A DNA stretch of 64,000 nt from the NCBI GenBank assembly GCA_047967505.1, contig CM106538.1. One strand, 5' to 3'. The translations under genes were made by a program, and so were the position numbers. The notes below the pieces were generated by a model. That model worked only from the letters and a program-made list of their open reading frames with translations, had not been told where the DNA came from and made no database searches. The stretch is from Dipteris shenzhenensis. Lineage: Eukaryota. How positions within the stretch are numbered: the stretch's first letter is position 1; each line of letters starts with the position of its first letter. Below, piece after piece: positions 1-12,198 of this stretch.

Positions 1-480
1 GGTTAGCCGCGATCTGCTCCTTGGCAGCGACCTGCTGCCTAGGTTGTGCAGGTTTCCCTGCAACGCGTCGCCTCCCCTTGCCTGCTCGAGTTGCGCCTCC
101 TCTCAGCCCGTTTGGCTGCTGCAGGGGCGCCCTAGTGGTCGAGCCCCCCTTAGCCTGTTCGCGTTGCGCCCCCCCCTTCAGCCCGCTGTGCAGGTCGCGC
201 CCTGCTGTGCCTTCTTCAGGTCGCCCCTTCTGGCTGCCTTCTAGGACGCCCTTCAGGCCGTCAGTAGCTGCCGTCTGCCCCCTCCCTTGCACCTCAGGTT
301 GGGCTTCAGGGCCCTCTTCCAGGACTGTTCTGCGTGAGTTCCAGGGAGCTGTGTTCCTGGGCTGCTTCCAAGCATTGGCGGAGGTTTTTTTTGTTTCTGC
401 ATTGAGCGGTCTGTTGTCATTCCTCGCAGGCTGAAGTTGGGAGCATTCTTTAACCAGGGGGTTTTTTGGGATTCTAGTGG

Positions 481-2859
481 TTGGTTGCGAGTTCTTGGTG
501 GGTATTTTCAGCAGAGATAGCTCCTCCCCTCAGGACAGCGCAAGCTGAGACAATGGAGGACACTAATGCCACTCCTGTCGCCGAACCTGAGGTAGCGGAG
601 GAGGGTTTTCGTTTGACGCACATCATTGGCTTTCTCCCCGGTAGAGGCCAACAGTTACGTGATTGGGTGTACACCAGCATGGCCTCATTGGGTGTCTCAG
701 TTATAGTTTTTCGATTGCTTAGTAGAGGATACTTTTCTTTTGGCCTTCAATCCGCAGAGCAAGCTCAAAGAGTACTTATGAGCTCTCCGATTCAGTTTCA
801 GAGCAGAGTCATCCATTTGTGGCCTTGGCGAAAGCACTTCAGTACTACATCCCCGGGACCGCGTCAGGTCTCTTTTTGGATGCTTTTCCCTGGACTTCCT
901 GATGAGGTTAGCTCTTGTCGCAGAGCTGTGGAGCATATGGCTAGCGTGGCAGGTACAGTCATCCCATCAGGCGCTAGACTTTCCTATGCTCAGTCACTTG
1001 TTGGTACGGGTGTTACGAGGGTTAGACTCACTTCAGAGTTCCCCCCTCCTCGACCTTTGCCTACTTTGATTTCGTACTCCACGAGAGATGGGGTCCAGAT
1101 GCAGTAGAAGGTTTTGTACGAGGGGCTTCCTGATCAGTGTCTTTTCTGTCGGAAGAGAGGTCACTTTATTAGGGATTGCCCTAGTCGTAGGCCTCGTTCA
1201 GAGACTCCGGATCCTTCTCATCCTACGAGAGACCCAGAGCCTTCAGTTCAGCCTCCAGGGGTCTCTGAGCCTGCTTCGACTCATTTAGCAGAACGAGAGG
1301 AGACTCCTCTGGGTGGGCCTCCAGTGGAATCAGAGGACCTGGAGGTGCCTCCAGTGCAACAGCTTTCACAGAGAGCTCGGAGGAGACGGAGACAGAGGGA
1401 GAGCCAGTAGCACGAGCAGCCCTAGGTACGAGCTCACATATGGCAGAGTTGAGACTTATGTGCAGAAGAACTCGGAAAGGGATGCAGAGGACCATCCGCA
1501 GGCAGGTCTTAACACGATGCAGGAGACGGTCGCTCAAGGAGTCGAGTCACTTGTGCAGGAGACCCCGGAAAGGGGAGTTGTAGAGGACCATCCGCAGGCA
1601 GGTCTTGACACGTGCAGGAGACGGTAGTTCAGGGTGTCGAGTTACATGTGCAGGAGACCCCGGAAAGGGGAGATACAAGGGACCATCCACAGACAGGTCT
1701 TCTCACTGAGCAGGAGACAGTAGTTCAGGATTTGATGACACTAGACACCACTACCCCGGAGTCTCAGATATTGGTTACGGAGACAATTTTTCAGCAGGAG
1801 ACTGCTCAGGCTGCAGTTACGGTGATGGATGCCTCTCCCCAGCAGCCCGTCGAGAGAGTGGTATTTTATGACACAAGTCAGAGTCACGTCCCAGGATCTC
1901 ATGCGCCTGTACGAGGTTCCCTCGAGACCCCTTTCACAGCCCCGTCGCACAGTACCTTCCTTGTTGCTATGCGGAGCGTCCTTTTGGATACCCCTCCCAG
2001 CACAGCCTCGTCCTCGCAACTTTTTACTCCTGGTGTATCCAGATCTTTTGCGAGTGCGGTCACAGATTTTGCTCAGTACCCAGACAGGCGTGAGGATTGG
2101 GAGATCCCAGCAGATGAGATCGAGCGAGAGTTTCAGTCACCCATGCGGACAGGCACCTCATCGCAGATTCTTCCTCTCCCTCTCACCTATTCCAAGAGCA
2201 GAGTCAGGACGGCTCAGCCCTTTTCAGCTCTTCAGACTCCTAGACCTGACCCCAAGATGGTTGGCAGAGATCTGCCCGTTGAGTTTTGGCCCTTTTTGGC
2301 TCGAGGGGTTATCACAGACTCCCTCACTCGATTGGAACTTGTACCGGTGTTTTGCTGACGGTCAGAGGAGGTAGAGGAGTACTTGGGATTAGCTACTCTC
2401 TCCAGAGAGGGGCATGTTCTTCGTTTCTCCGGTGGTAGCTTTCGATCTCGGGGGAGCGAAAGCTGGTCAGCTGAGTTACTTGACAGTGAGATTGCTAGAC
2501 AGCTTATGAGCTTGACTCAGTTTTCATCGGTTCACCGTTTTGTCGGCTCGCAGATTCATTCTTGCCCTAGGACTCTTCGACCTGGCTTCGGTGGCAGGGC
2601 CTTTCTGTTTCTGTTCTTTGAGATTCAGGGAGACTTTGATTTGCCCAGGAGTGCTGGTTGGTTTGACTTTCAGCTCCTTGGTTCACGCCAGAGTACTATT
2701 CCCTTGGATGGAGCCATTTTACATGAGTTGGGACAGATTTGGAGTTTGATCAGAGACCGACTTTGGATTGAACCGTCAGAGAGAGTTTTATGCCGTTGCC
2801 ACTGGCACACCCTCACTTCCATCCGATGTCTAGGTTGTCCATCATATCTTGGAATGTGA
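481..2859 (+). pseudogene. L1 ORF1 (DUF4283-like N-terminal region, CX2CX4HX4C zinc knuckle, repeat linker, C-terminal domain), disrupted
   Basis: ORF pieces 481..1107, 1114..1410, part of 1313..1627, 1612..2358 and 2383..2859. Plant L1 ORF1-like text GYFSFGL...VIHLWPW...FWMLFPGLP; knuckle CLFCRKRGHFIRDC at about 1138-1179. First ATG at 553. Confidence 0.85.
1447..1732 (+). repeat. Three tandem copies of a ~93-96 bp coding repeat inside L1 ORF1
   Basis: Repeated GTGCAGGAGACCCCGGAAAGGGG..GGACCATCCGCAGGCAGGTCTT..GCAGGAGACGGT, translating as VQETPERG..DHPQAGL..QETVVQGVE. Confidence 0.9.
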
Positions 2860-5800
2860 GAGGATTGAACAGCCGCAGATTTATCTCAGATGCGGATGGT
2901 CGTAGATTGGGAGTTCCTAGATTGCAGTTGCTTAGGGACTCCCTTCGGTTTATTTCCTCAGGGTCCCCTCTAGACATTGTGCTTATCCAGGAGCATAAGC
3001 TCTCCCAAGACAGGATTGACAAATGCAGATCCTTACTCAGAGGACAGAGCCGGACTTATTGGAGCCCAACGGATGGCACGAGGGGAGGAGTTTGCATTTC
3101 AGTTTCAGCTAGGTGGGCCTCAGAGATCACCCAAGAGGGTACACTAGTGGAGAGCAGAGCATGCTATGTTATTCTTCATATTGAGAACATATCAGTTGGT
3201 GTTCTTAATGTGTATGCTCCCACGGATCCAGCTCACATACGTGCTTTTTGGAGACAGCTTAGAGAGTCCCTTCCTCAGGCAGACACCTGGATTGTTGGAG
3301 GTGACTTCAACATGGTTGAATTCACTGAAGACAAGTCGGGTCAGACAGAGGGTGGCCTTTCCGACAGGGAGAGAGTGGAGTGGGATAGTTTTGTTTTGCA
3401 TGTTGGACTTCATGATGCTGCTCGATTGGACGACTTTCGTCAATTGGCAAACAGTCTTCAGTTCTCTTGGTCTGGGGTTTTCCATGGCTCTCTTTCTTTG
3501 GTCAGACTTGACAGGTTTTATATTGGCCATTGGGGTCATGCCAGAGGAGGACAGATTGGGATCCGCCCGGGTTATGTTTTATCTGACCATGCTCCAGTCC
3601 TATTACAGATTCTTCCTACCTCTTGATTGGAGAGCACAGGCTCTGTCAGAGTTCCGGACTTTGTTTTTCAGGATACAGAGTTCGTGGAACAGTTGAGAGA
3701 GACTTGGTTGTCAGTGGACACTCCTGTGGATCAGGGCTGGTTGTTGTGGGTAGAGAGGGCTCTGGCTAGAGTCAGCATGGCCTGCCAGTTGAGGGCAAAA
3801 GAGGAGAAGGAAAAGCTCAAAATCAGAGATCGGAATGCAAGAGCAGAGGTATCCAGACATCAGAGATTGATTCAGAGTTTTCCTCATTCTCTTTTCATTA
3901 GAGGGCAGCTTTCGGAGGCTCAGGAGAGACTAGAGGAGATTCAGGGCAGGAGGGCCCAGTTTAGGTTTTACTCTCAGTAGACTTTCTGGATTCAGAAGGG
4001 GGATAGATGTTCTAGAGAATTCTTCAGGGCAGTGGGTCAAAGATACTCTTCGGACAGCCTTCGTAGACTTGTGGATGAGGCCAGGTCTCTTCAGACGGCG
4101 GACCCTCACCGTCTTGTTGAGATCACTTCTGATTTTTACCCCACTCTTTACACCGCCGATCCGGTCACCGAGGGGATGATCAGAGCCAGAGAGGAGATTT
4201 GGAGCCATGTCCCCCTCATGGTCTCAGACAGGATGAGTCATGTTTTGGATAGCCCACTATCACTCTTGGAGATCACGGATGCGTTACATGAGCTGCCCAG
4301 AGACAGATGCTCGGGGGAGGAAGGTTTGTCGCCACTTCTTTTTAGAGCTCTTTGGGATACGATTGGGCCTCATCTACTCTCAGCCTTTTCAGAGGCTCTT
4401 GATTCAGGATCTTTGGGCGAGACATTATGCACAGGTTTGATTTGTCTTATCCCGAAAGGGGGAGACAAGACAGTCCTTCGTAATTGGAGACCCATTACAC
4501 TTTTAGGGACAGCCTACAAGATCCTAGCAAAGACCTTGGCTCTTCGCCTAAAGCCTATGCTACCAGATATCATCAGAGCTGCTCAGACAGGATTTGTCCA
4601 AGATCGGAGTATCTTGGATAACATCTTCACTTTTTGGGAGGCCACTCACTGGGCGAAGGAGAGTCAGCAAGAGATTGCAGTTCTTCTCCTCGATTTTGAG
4701 AAGGCTTATGATAGGGTGGATTGGGGTTTCTTGGAGGGCACTATGAGGAGGCTAGGCTTCAGTGATAGATGGATTTCTTGGGTCTCCTCACTTTACTCCC
4801 ACTCCTCTAGCAGGATGGTGGTCTGTGGAGGCAGAGGACCGGCTTTTCAGCTATCCAAATCGGTACGATAGGGATGCCCGCTTGCACCTTACCTTTTCCT
4901 TTTCGTAGCGGAGGCTATGGGATACCTTATGCAAGTTACCAGTCATGGCACTTTTGGCCTCCATTTGCCTATCCGGCAGGAGCAGGAGCTTCTAGACACT
5001 GAGTTTGCTGACGACACGGCACTGACAGTCAGAGGAGATGCATTTAGTCTTGCTACTGCTGCGGATTCAATTGACAAGTTCTGCCTAGCCTCAGGAGGAC
5101 TTGTCAATTGGAACAAATCAAAAGGCATGTGGACAGGAGCTCAGCAGGATACCCCAGCATGGGGAGGAGACAGAGGCTTTGTATGGATTCCCAGAGGCAC
5201 CTCCACGAGATATCTAGGCTTTCAGGTTGGCATTGAGGTGTCCTCGACGCAACAGTTTGCCCCAGTTCTTGAGAGCATCCGGAGAAAGCTAGCCTATTGG
5301 AGCACGGCTAGACTTTCTTTGGCCGGAAGAGCGCTGGTACTCAACCAGGTTCTACTAGCGACTATGTGGTATGTTGCGTCATGTTGGTGCTTTCATGCTG
5401 ACTCGATCCGTCAGGTGAGGAGATTGCTCCGGAACTTCCTATGGAGTGGTGGTGACGGTTCTGTGGACACTAGGGCCAGGGTTTCATGGGATACTATCAC
5501 TTTACCCGCCTCGCAGGGTGGACTTGGAGTTCTTGATCCTGAGTTGCAGAGCAGAGCCCTTTTAGTCAAACTTCTTGTTAGAGGTTTGACTCCAGGAGAT
5601 CAGCCGTGGAAGTAGTTCCTACTGCATGGGGATAAACCAGTGTACCCCCAGAGCAGCAGGCCAGTGGGCAGGTAGAGGCAGTTGGATTTTCCTGACAGAC
5701 CAGCATTCTCAGCCTTCCTCACCACTTGTGAAAAGGCTTATACAGATATGGGATCATTTTAGACAACACCTCATCAGAGCAGTTCCCTCCTCCAGAGAGG

Positions 5801-7287
5801 AAATTGCCCGACAGCCACTATATCATAACCCCCTGGTTCGGTATCAGGGATCTTTCCCTGGTACAGAACTTAGGACTCCCTTGGCCAAATGGCATGCTCA
5901 GGGGGTTGTGACACTCGGAGATTGGTTCAGGGGAGGTGTGGGGATGTCAGAGGAGGAGATTAGAGAAAGACACGGGCCACTTGGACAGATTGCTGCCACT
6001 AGATTACTGATCATGAGAGCTATTCCTCAGGGGTGGAGGGATATGCTTACAGATTCAGCCTATGTCCATCCCATCCCTACTTGGTCAGGTTGTTTTAGTG
6101 CGGCTGGGCTGTGTTGGAGTTCGTTTAGGACCGGCACCGTTTACTTATTTCAAGACGGACTCCTCTCACAAATTGTATCCCACTCAGCCCTTGGATCGAC
6201 AGGAGCTCCTTTGGCAGAGAGTCAGGGTCATTGGTTGCCTTGGTAAGGAATGGGCCACAGATCCTTCAAGGTTGACCATTGCAGAGGATCCTAGATGGAG
6301 ACTTTGGATCTTTCAAGGTCGACCTCTTGTAGAGCTTGACTGGGACCCAGGTGAGTGGGCGTGGCCTGCACCGATGGCAGGTGCTCGTCCTCTTTCTTTT
6401 TTCCAGTACTCGATGAGGGCAGGTTACAGGCTTCAGCAGAGAGACTCTCATCATCTACCATCTGCCTCACAGCATTGGCATGCACAGGGACTTATTGCAG
6501 AGCTCTTCTAAGTTACTGGACTCACTTTTGGGACATCAGTAGAGCCAGGAAAGTCCCCTACTTCCTTTGGCTCACTATTCATAGGGGTATACCTGTGGGT
6601 ACTTGGCTTCAGCAGATGGGTAGACCCTCCTTGTGTATGCGTTGTCAGCTGGCAGAGGAATCTAGTAAGCATTGTTTATGGAGCTGCCCCAGCTCTAGAG
6701 TGGTTTGGACAGGTATCTTCAGGATGTTCTCATATGTTACATCCGAGTCCTTTCTGATGACATGGGGTGCTGCCCTATGGGGGAGAGAATTTGGAGCCTT
6801 TGCCCTCTATGAGTCACAGCCAGGAGACCAAGGTTTCTCCATGCAGTATCGCCAGAGACGGGGTCCCACAGATGTTAGCATCATGGAGCCGTAGGACTTA
6901 CTTTTGGTACCAGTACCAGCTCAGGATTCCAGGCCTACTTCACCTGCAGGGTCAGCCTGGGAGGTGATTTCTAGGATTACCCTATGGCGGATATGGTGTT
7001 CGCGATGTTCTTTTGTCCTTGGGGGTCATTTATGCACGGAGGCTGACACTCTTGCTTCTATTTTAGCGGAGATTATCTTCACTCTCAGGAGTCAGTGGGA
7101 GCGGTGTACAGGCACCTCTTTGGCAGCTCGTGGGAAACTTTTATCCTTCATGAGGACATGGGACTGCTCATTATTTTTTCATTTGACCCCTTTTGGGATG
7201 TCGTGGCATTTTAGACCACCTCCATGGCTTTTTAGCCACATTGTTGAGGCTAGGGATAGAGTACAATCTCTCCCACCTGTTGTATGA
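2826..7287 (+). pseudogene. L1 ORF2 (APE endonuclease, reverse transcriptase, C-terminal Cys motif), with stops and frameshifts
   Basis: Endonuclease motifs SWNVRGLN, LIQE, NVYAP, GGDFN, RLDRFY, SDH. RT motifs LIPKGG, NWRPITLL, LLLDFEKAYDRVDW, R*GCPLAP, FADD. Zinc motif CMRC..ESSKHCLWSC. Pieces 2790..3626, 3627..3980, 4032..4871, 4917..5615, 5626..6246, 6062..6511, 6355..6894 and 6904..7287. Confidence 0.95.
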
Positions 7288-7439
7288 TTCGTTTTGAATG
7301 GAATATATCACTTTTTCATTTAAAAACATCCAGAAGAGTTTCCCGAATCTGATAGAGGGAAACCGAAGCCGCAGCAAATGAGAAACATGAGTGATCAATA
7401 TTAGAGACCAACTCTGCCTTTCAGAGGCCAACATGTGAG

Positions 7440-7440
<1 letters not shown>

Positions 7441-7482
<42 letters not shown>
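7441..7482. repeat. (CA)n microsatellite
   Basis: Perfect CA run of about 21 units. Confidence 0.99.
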
Positions 7483-7483
<1 letters not shown>

Positions 7484-7895
7484 CAGTAAATCAGTGTGGA
7501 GATCCGAGTTTGGAACTCTCTTCATGCCTACGTTGCCTATTTGCTGAAAAGTCCATTTAAACATTACCTTAGGGATTACAAACAGGCCAGGGTTGTCTAG
7601 AATGGGATTGCTATAGAATTTTGAGTAGATTTGCTCCCTCCCTTTTCTTCGTCACGTGGGGCTCCGTGGCTGGGCTCTCTATTTGAGCCTCAGAGATGCC
7701 TAGCTCTCTTGGAAACTTTTTGGTTTGACATCATTTGGTTGGGTTATACTCTTTGGATGTTGTTCCATCCTCTCCTTACAGACCTGCACATGCCTCGATG
7801 GACACATTCTAGGGATCATATTGAGCATTTCAACTTGGCATATATGGAGATTGAAATGCACAAAGGTACTTGATGGCTCCCAGGTTCACCCTACT

Positions 7896-9551
7896 GAGTA
7901 AGTCAAAACACAAGCGAGCCCAGAGTTCGAGCGATGCTTGTGATGAACTTTTTATGAACCTATAGTAGCAATAGTATTTTACTAGAAATGGTTGAATCTA
8001 CATGACCATATTAGAGATTGTTATTACTTATTTTTCGTATGATTCTTGGCAACATACAAAGATAAAACCTACTACTGGGGATAACTCATAAGTCCATACA
8101 AGTCAGCAATGATTCAATGAATACCAAATGAAAACTTATTGGCAACATACAAAGATACAACCTACTACTGGGGATAACTCATAAGTCCATACAAGTCAGC
8201 AATGATTCAATGAATACCAAATGAAAACTTATTGGCAACATACAAAGAGAAAACCTATTATTTGATAAATAATAAATCCATGCAAGTTAGAAATCATTCA
8301 ATAGATACGAAAGGGGAAATGTTGCAATGTCTACACCTCAAGGTAGTCACTCAAAATTATGTAAGGTAGCACGTGAGTTGAACGGGTTTCTTTATTTTGT
8401 GGACTTACATACAAACAAAAATAGTCCCGTCCATGATATAGAAGCTCCTCCTATAAAAATCCTTCACAAAAAACTATTTGTAACAGGGATGTTTTTATTG
8501 AAGCTATGCTCATATATTAATATAAAATCTTGGCAAAACTTTTCAAGCTCCTTTTTTTTTGTTTAACAATATCAGTCGAATTTAGTACCTTTTAATATAT
8601 TTTCTTGTAAACTTTGAAGAAAAAAATGTAAATCCTGTTGGTGAAACTTTACTTTTTTTTACATAAAAGTTTCAAATCTTGGCGAATGTTTCCAACATTT
8701 ATTTTTATTAGGGCATACATACTTTCGATGCCAATATAAAATTTCAGATTCATAACGAAACTAACTTGAAAAAATCATCCATGATTTGTAGCTCGTCGAT
8801 TTTTACGCTACCCATATGATACGATCCATTTTGTACACAAAATGATAACATGAATAAAATGTTTGAACTATGGAGCTAATAAATTATTGATCACCTTATG
8901 ACCATGATGCTAACAAAATATGGATCACCTTCATATGTCCATGACCATGTATATACCTGTGGGAGGGAGGGAGAGAATCAAGGATCCGAACTCTATATGA
9001 GAAAAATTTAAGAAAATATAAGAGTTTGATAAGGTTTAGCTCTGATGAAACAAAGATAAGTACAAACTTTCTAAAGTTGTAGAATTTAGACACTCTAACA
9101 TGATAAATGGATTCATTCATATCATTTCGATCGTTTTGACTACAAACATGACCATATTTGGAGTTTGATTGACCAAGTTATGGCCCAAATAAAATTGGCA
9201 GAAGGAGCCTCCCAAGAGGCCGCGATATCTTGGGAGGCTCCTTCTCCCATTATCTTTTGCCTTGAAAAATGGAAATTTCACAAGAAAAACACATACTCTA
9301 ACCCCTTTCTTCGACCCCTCCTTCTTCCTTGATCCTTGCAAAAACATTGCAAAACATTTTTCAAAAATTGTTGTTTGTATGTAAGGCAATTGATTCCTCA
9401 CAATATCATCGGTAGTAGTACAACTGTAAAAGTAAGCAATGCATGCTACTTTTTGAACATAAATCATCACACTAGAATGTCAATTTTATGAAAGTCCTCG
9501 CTCGAACTGTCACCTCGCTCGAACGCAGTCGCTCGAATTCTGGTAATCCTC
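7896..9551. mobile_element. Non-autonomous Mutator-like (MULE) DNA transposon, 1656 bp
   Basis: Exact 9-bp direct repeat CACCCTACT at 7887-7895 and 9552-9560. Both ends read GAG inward and share degenerate inverted sequence (gttcgagcga, tgtgatga..ttatg..agtagca). AT-rich interior with no transposase; the interrupted L1 sequence resumes after the duplication. Confidence 0.75.
8046..8325. repeat. 93-bp tandem repeat, 3 copies (two near-identical, third degenerate)
   Basis: Unit TTGGCAACATACAAAGA...GAAAACTTA starts at 8046, 8139 and 8232. Confidence 0.95.
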
Positions 9552-10169
9552 CACCCTACTCACACTATGGCCAATTTAGACAGACATTGTACACACCTTT
9601 ATCGTCATTGGTGTCAAGTATGTAGGGTCTTTTAGGGCTAGCTTTGCAAGGAGGACTACTTTCCTTAGCAAGTGGAGAGGCTGTTCCTTCTTCTACAGGT
9701 AACTTAGAGCCTCGACATTGGATCTTTATCGAGATTTTTTGTTAAGTAGTGCTTGACCCTCACTAGTTTTTTCTATGCTATGCAAGGTATACTCCTGCCT
9801 TGAGCACTCTACTCTTGGAGCTGTTGTCATGCTTAATAGAAGTCTTTCTCATAGGAAAAGTTAAAAATGGCCAATGGTTTGATGAAGGAGTTCTCGAAGA
9901 CTAATAAAAAATTCTAGAGGCTTATTAAAAGGATGTATGGATGAGATCATTTTCTCCCTAAGCAAGAGGGCATGCTACAACATGCTTATGATCATGTGGA
10001 ATTGATACAGTGAATCTGCAGACTACCCTATCAACCATGTGAAAGATGTAAATGATTGACCAACTCAAAATAAATCTTTTAGTGCCATCACTAAGACATA
10101 GCCACATTGATGTCCACACCATCATCATTCCACAGCTGAATCACATTCAATATGAACCTTCTTAATGTC

Positions 10170-11445
10170 CCTAGGGTATCCACCTCTGACTTGCTATTTC
10201 CGTTTTGAGCCTCACACTCAAACTCGATCTGCCAGTATGAGGACTCTTGATGCTCTATATGCAAAGGAGGATCTTTCAGTGGCAGTTATGTAGATTTGGG
10301 ACTCCTACTTGCAAGATGGTTTGGATTCTCGTTCTACTTCGACAACAGCTCTCTCTAATGTTAGTGACTTTTATCTCTCCATTTCTAGGCCTAAGAGACA
10401 GGATATCCTTAGGAAGAAGGTTGCTATTCGTCAACAATTGGCAAACCTACTAAGGGAGAGCATAAAGGACCCTCAGATGCCTTTGTCTTTAAGAGCCTTG
10501 CTGTAGCAATGGCTCACCAACATTAGAGAGTAGATCTGAGCTTTTTATCATGCATGGGAGTCTTTCTAGATTCAGATGGGGGGAAGAATCAATGAATACT
10601 TTTTCTCTACTCTTGGTCCTAGAGATGGCAAAGAAACTGTTTCTCATTGACTCTTGGGGGATTTTGCAGTCAGATCCAGATGTGTCATGCATATTGCTCC
10701 AGATTTATATGCTTCCCTCCTTAGCACAGATCCTAATACAACTGATAGAGATAGTACCAGATTGAGGGCTTGGCAGACAGTCTCACTCTTTGTGAAATAG
10801 ATATTAGGATCTCTCCTAATACACTTTTACCAGCTCGAAATTCAGGACTTCTTTACTTGCCTTCATATGGTAAATGCTCAGGTTCAGGTGTTCTCCTTTC
10901 TTCATTTCCTTTTGGGAGTACATTTGTGATCATCTCACCTAGGCTCTGCAGAGCATATGAGACTTTGATGTTGTACCTGCTTCACCTAATGAGAGTCTCA
11001 TGCCATCCTTGTCTCTCAGTGCACACTTACACATGCATCAATGGACATTAGCTGGACATTGTAGCGAGCATCAGTGCTTGGCACATTTGGAGTTCTAGAT
11101 GCAAAGAGGCTATTGATGGCACCCAAGTCCACCAAGCTCATACCTTGGCCAGTATATATGTAGATAGTGTACATGCTCTAATGGCTATTTGGTTGAGGAT
11201 GCAAGGATCGTCTAGGTCTGCTTTGGCTAGGAGGCCAATTTTTCTTAGAGTGTGGAGAGGTTGTCCTTTCTTTTCTAAGGACATCGCAGGCATGATGTGG
11301 CATTTCCACTGTTGAGCCATTTGAGTGGTATTTTCCTAGGGGTTTTTCATGCTTCGCATGATGTATCTATGCCTTGAGTTTCTTCTCTTGGCTGTTTCTT
11401 TCATACTTAAAAAGAAGTCTATTTCACGCAAAAATAAAATAAAAG
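10170..11445 (+). mobile_element. Internally deleted L1 remnant (post-endonuclease linker joined to the 3' end) with A-rich tail
   Basis: 10309..10506 (RQDILRKKVAIRQQLANL) resembles 37600-37700; 11050-11330 resembles the family 3' end (tggcacatttggagttctagatgcaaagaggct); A-rich tail at 11409-11444. Confidence 0.7.
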
Positions 11446-11499
11446 TAGGAAACTTCTTTTCCGAGATTCTCAAATTGTATTTACCAATTGTTTTGACAG

Positions 11500-11591
11500 G
11501 GTATTGGGAAGTCTGCAAAAGCAAAAGAAGTTGAAATGGAGCAATACAGATTGGATATATCAAGACTAGCTGCAAATGAAGTCGAATTGAG
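11500..11591 (+). CDS. Host gene internal exon A (coiled-coil protein): GIGKSAKAKEVEMEQYRLDISRLAANEVEL(R)
   Basis: Acceptor ttgttttgacag, donor AG/gtaata; 92 nt, phase 0 to 2, joins exon B in frame. Confidence 0.85.
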
Positions 11592-11689
11592 GTAATACTC
11601 TTTGCAGAATCTGAAAAGCAAAACGCTTATCGGCTATGAAGTAATTTTTAATGCCTGTGCCTACTATCTGAATTTGTTTTCTATCCCAG

Positions 11690-11786
11690 AACAGAGAATG
11701 AGAGACTGAAGAAAGAATTGGATATAGCTCTTTCCAAAAAGGAAGCAGAAGTGTCAGCCTTGGAACAAGTTGAGCGCTATAAAGAG
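11690..11786 (+). CDS. Host gene internal exon B: TENERLKKELDIALSKKEAEVSALEQVERYKE
   Basis: Acceptor ttgttttctatcccag, donor GAG/gtaaca; 97 nt, phase 2 to 0. Confidence 0.88.
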
Positions 11787-11885
11787 GTAACAATTCAAAG
11801 AGCATGACAAATATGTTTGCCATTTGTAAGAGTCATCATGGTCCTTGTTTGTTTTGCTGATAGCAAAATTCTTTTTTCCTTTCAG

Positions 11886-11930
11886 GTCATTGCACGAGTC
11901 ACAGCTGACAACATGGTTTTCCTCATGAAG
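11886..11930 (+). CDS. Host gene internal exon C: VIARVTADNMVFLMK
   Basis: Strong acceptor ttcttttttcctttcag, weaker donor AAG/gtgttt; 45 nt, phase 0 to 0. Confidence 0.8.
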
Positions 11931-12198
11931 GTGTTTATGAATTGTATGCAAGAAACACCCATCACAATTGAGTATTTTCTGTGGAATGAGCTGCGAAAGT
12001 ATCTTGTAAAGATGCTATTACGTGCAAAAAATGACCCCACAGTCTGCTGATGAATGGGCTGCAGAAAATATTAGACATGAATCTAGATGGATATCTAGAA
12101 TTAGGAATGATCAAAGTCTCATGAAAGCACAAAACAAAAGTGTAATTTAGCCTCATCATAGCCACCCAGAGGAATACAGCCCATCAATCCGAACTTAC

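Larger units (their letters stand above)
1..7326 (+). mobile_element. Near full-length L1-clade non-LTR retrotransposon (LINE), inactivated; 5' end may lie at or before the window start
   Basis: GC/C-rich leader, then ORF1 with a CCHC knuckle, then ORF2 with APE endonuclease, RT and a zf-RVT-like motif; short A-rich end (tttaaaaa) at about 7319-7326. The TSD cannot be checked because the 5' flank is outside the window. Confidence 0.95.
7490..9720 (+). mobile_element. Decayed 3' fragment of a second L1 family, split by the insertion at 7896-9551
   Basis: 7570-7895 and 9552-9720 align by eye with the ORF2 C-terminal region of the copies at 20988-21560 (-), 11050-11330 and 40770-41060, e.g. gatggctcccaggttcaccctactcacactatggcc. 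Confidence 0.7.

Noticed and set aside
2784-2830. Programmed -1 frameshift fusing L1 ORF1 and ORF2
   Set aside because: The frames overlap in -1 register, but there is no canonical XXXYYYZ heptamer and ORF2 has its own ATGs at 2790 and 2826.
8046-8325. 93-bp repeats as a CRISPR-like array
   Set aside because: Head-to-tail copies with no unique spacers, no cas genes, eukaryotic TE context.
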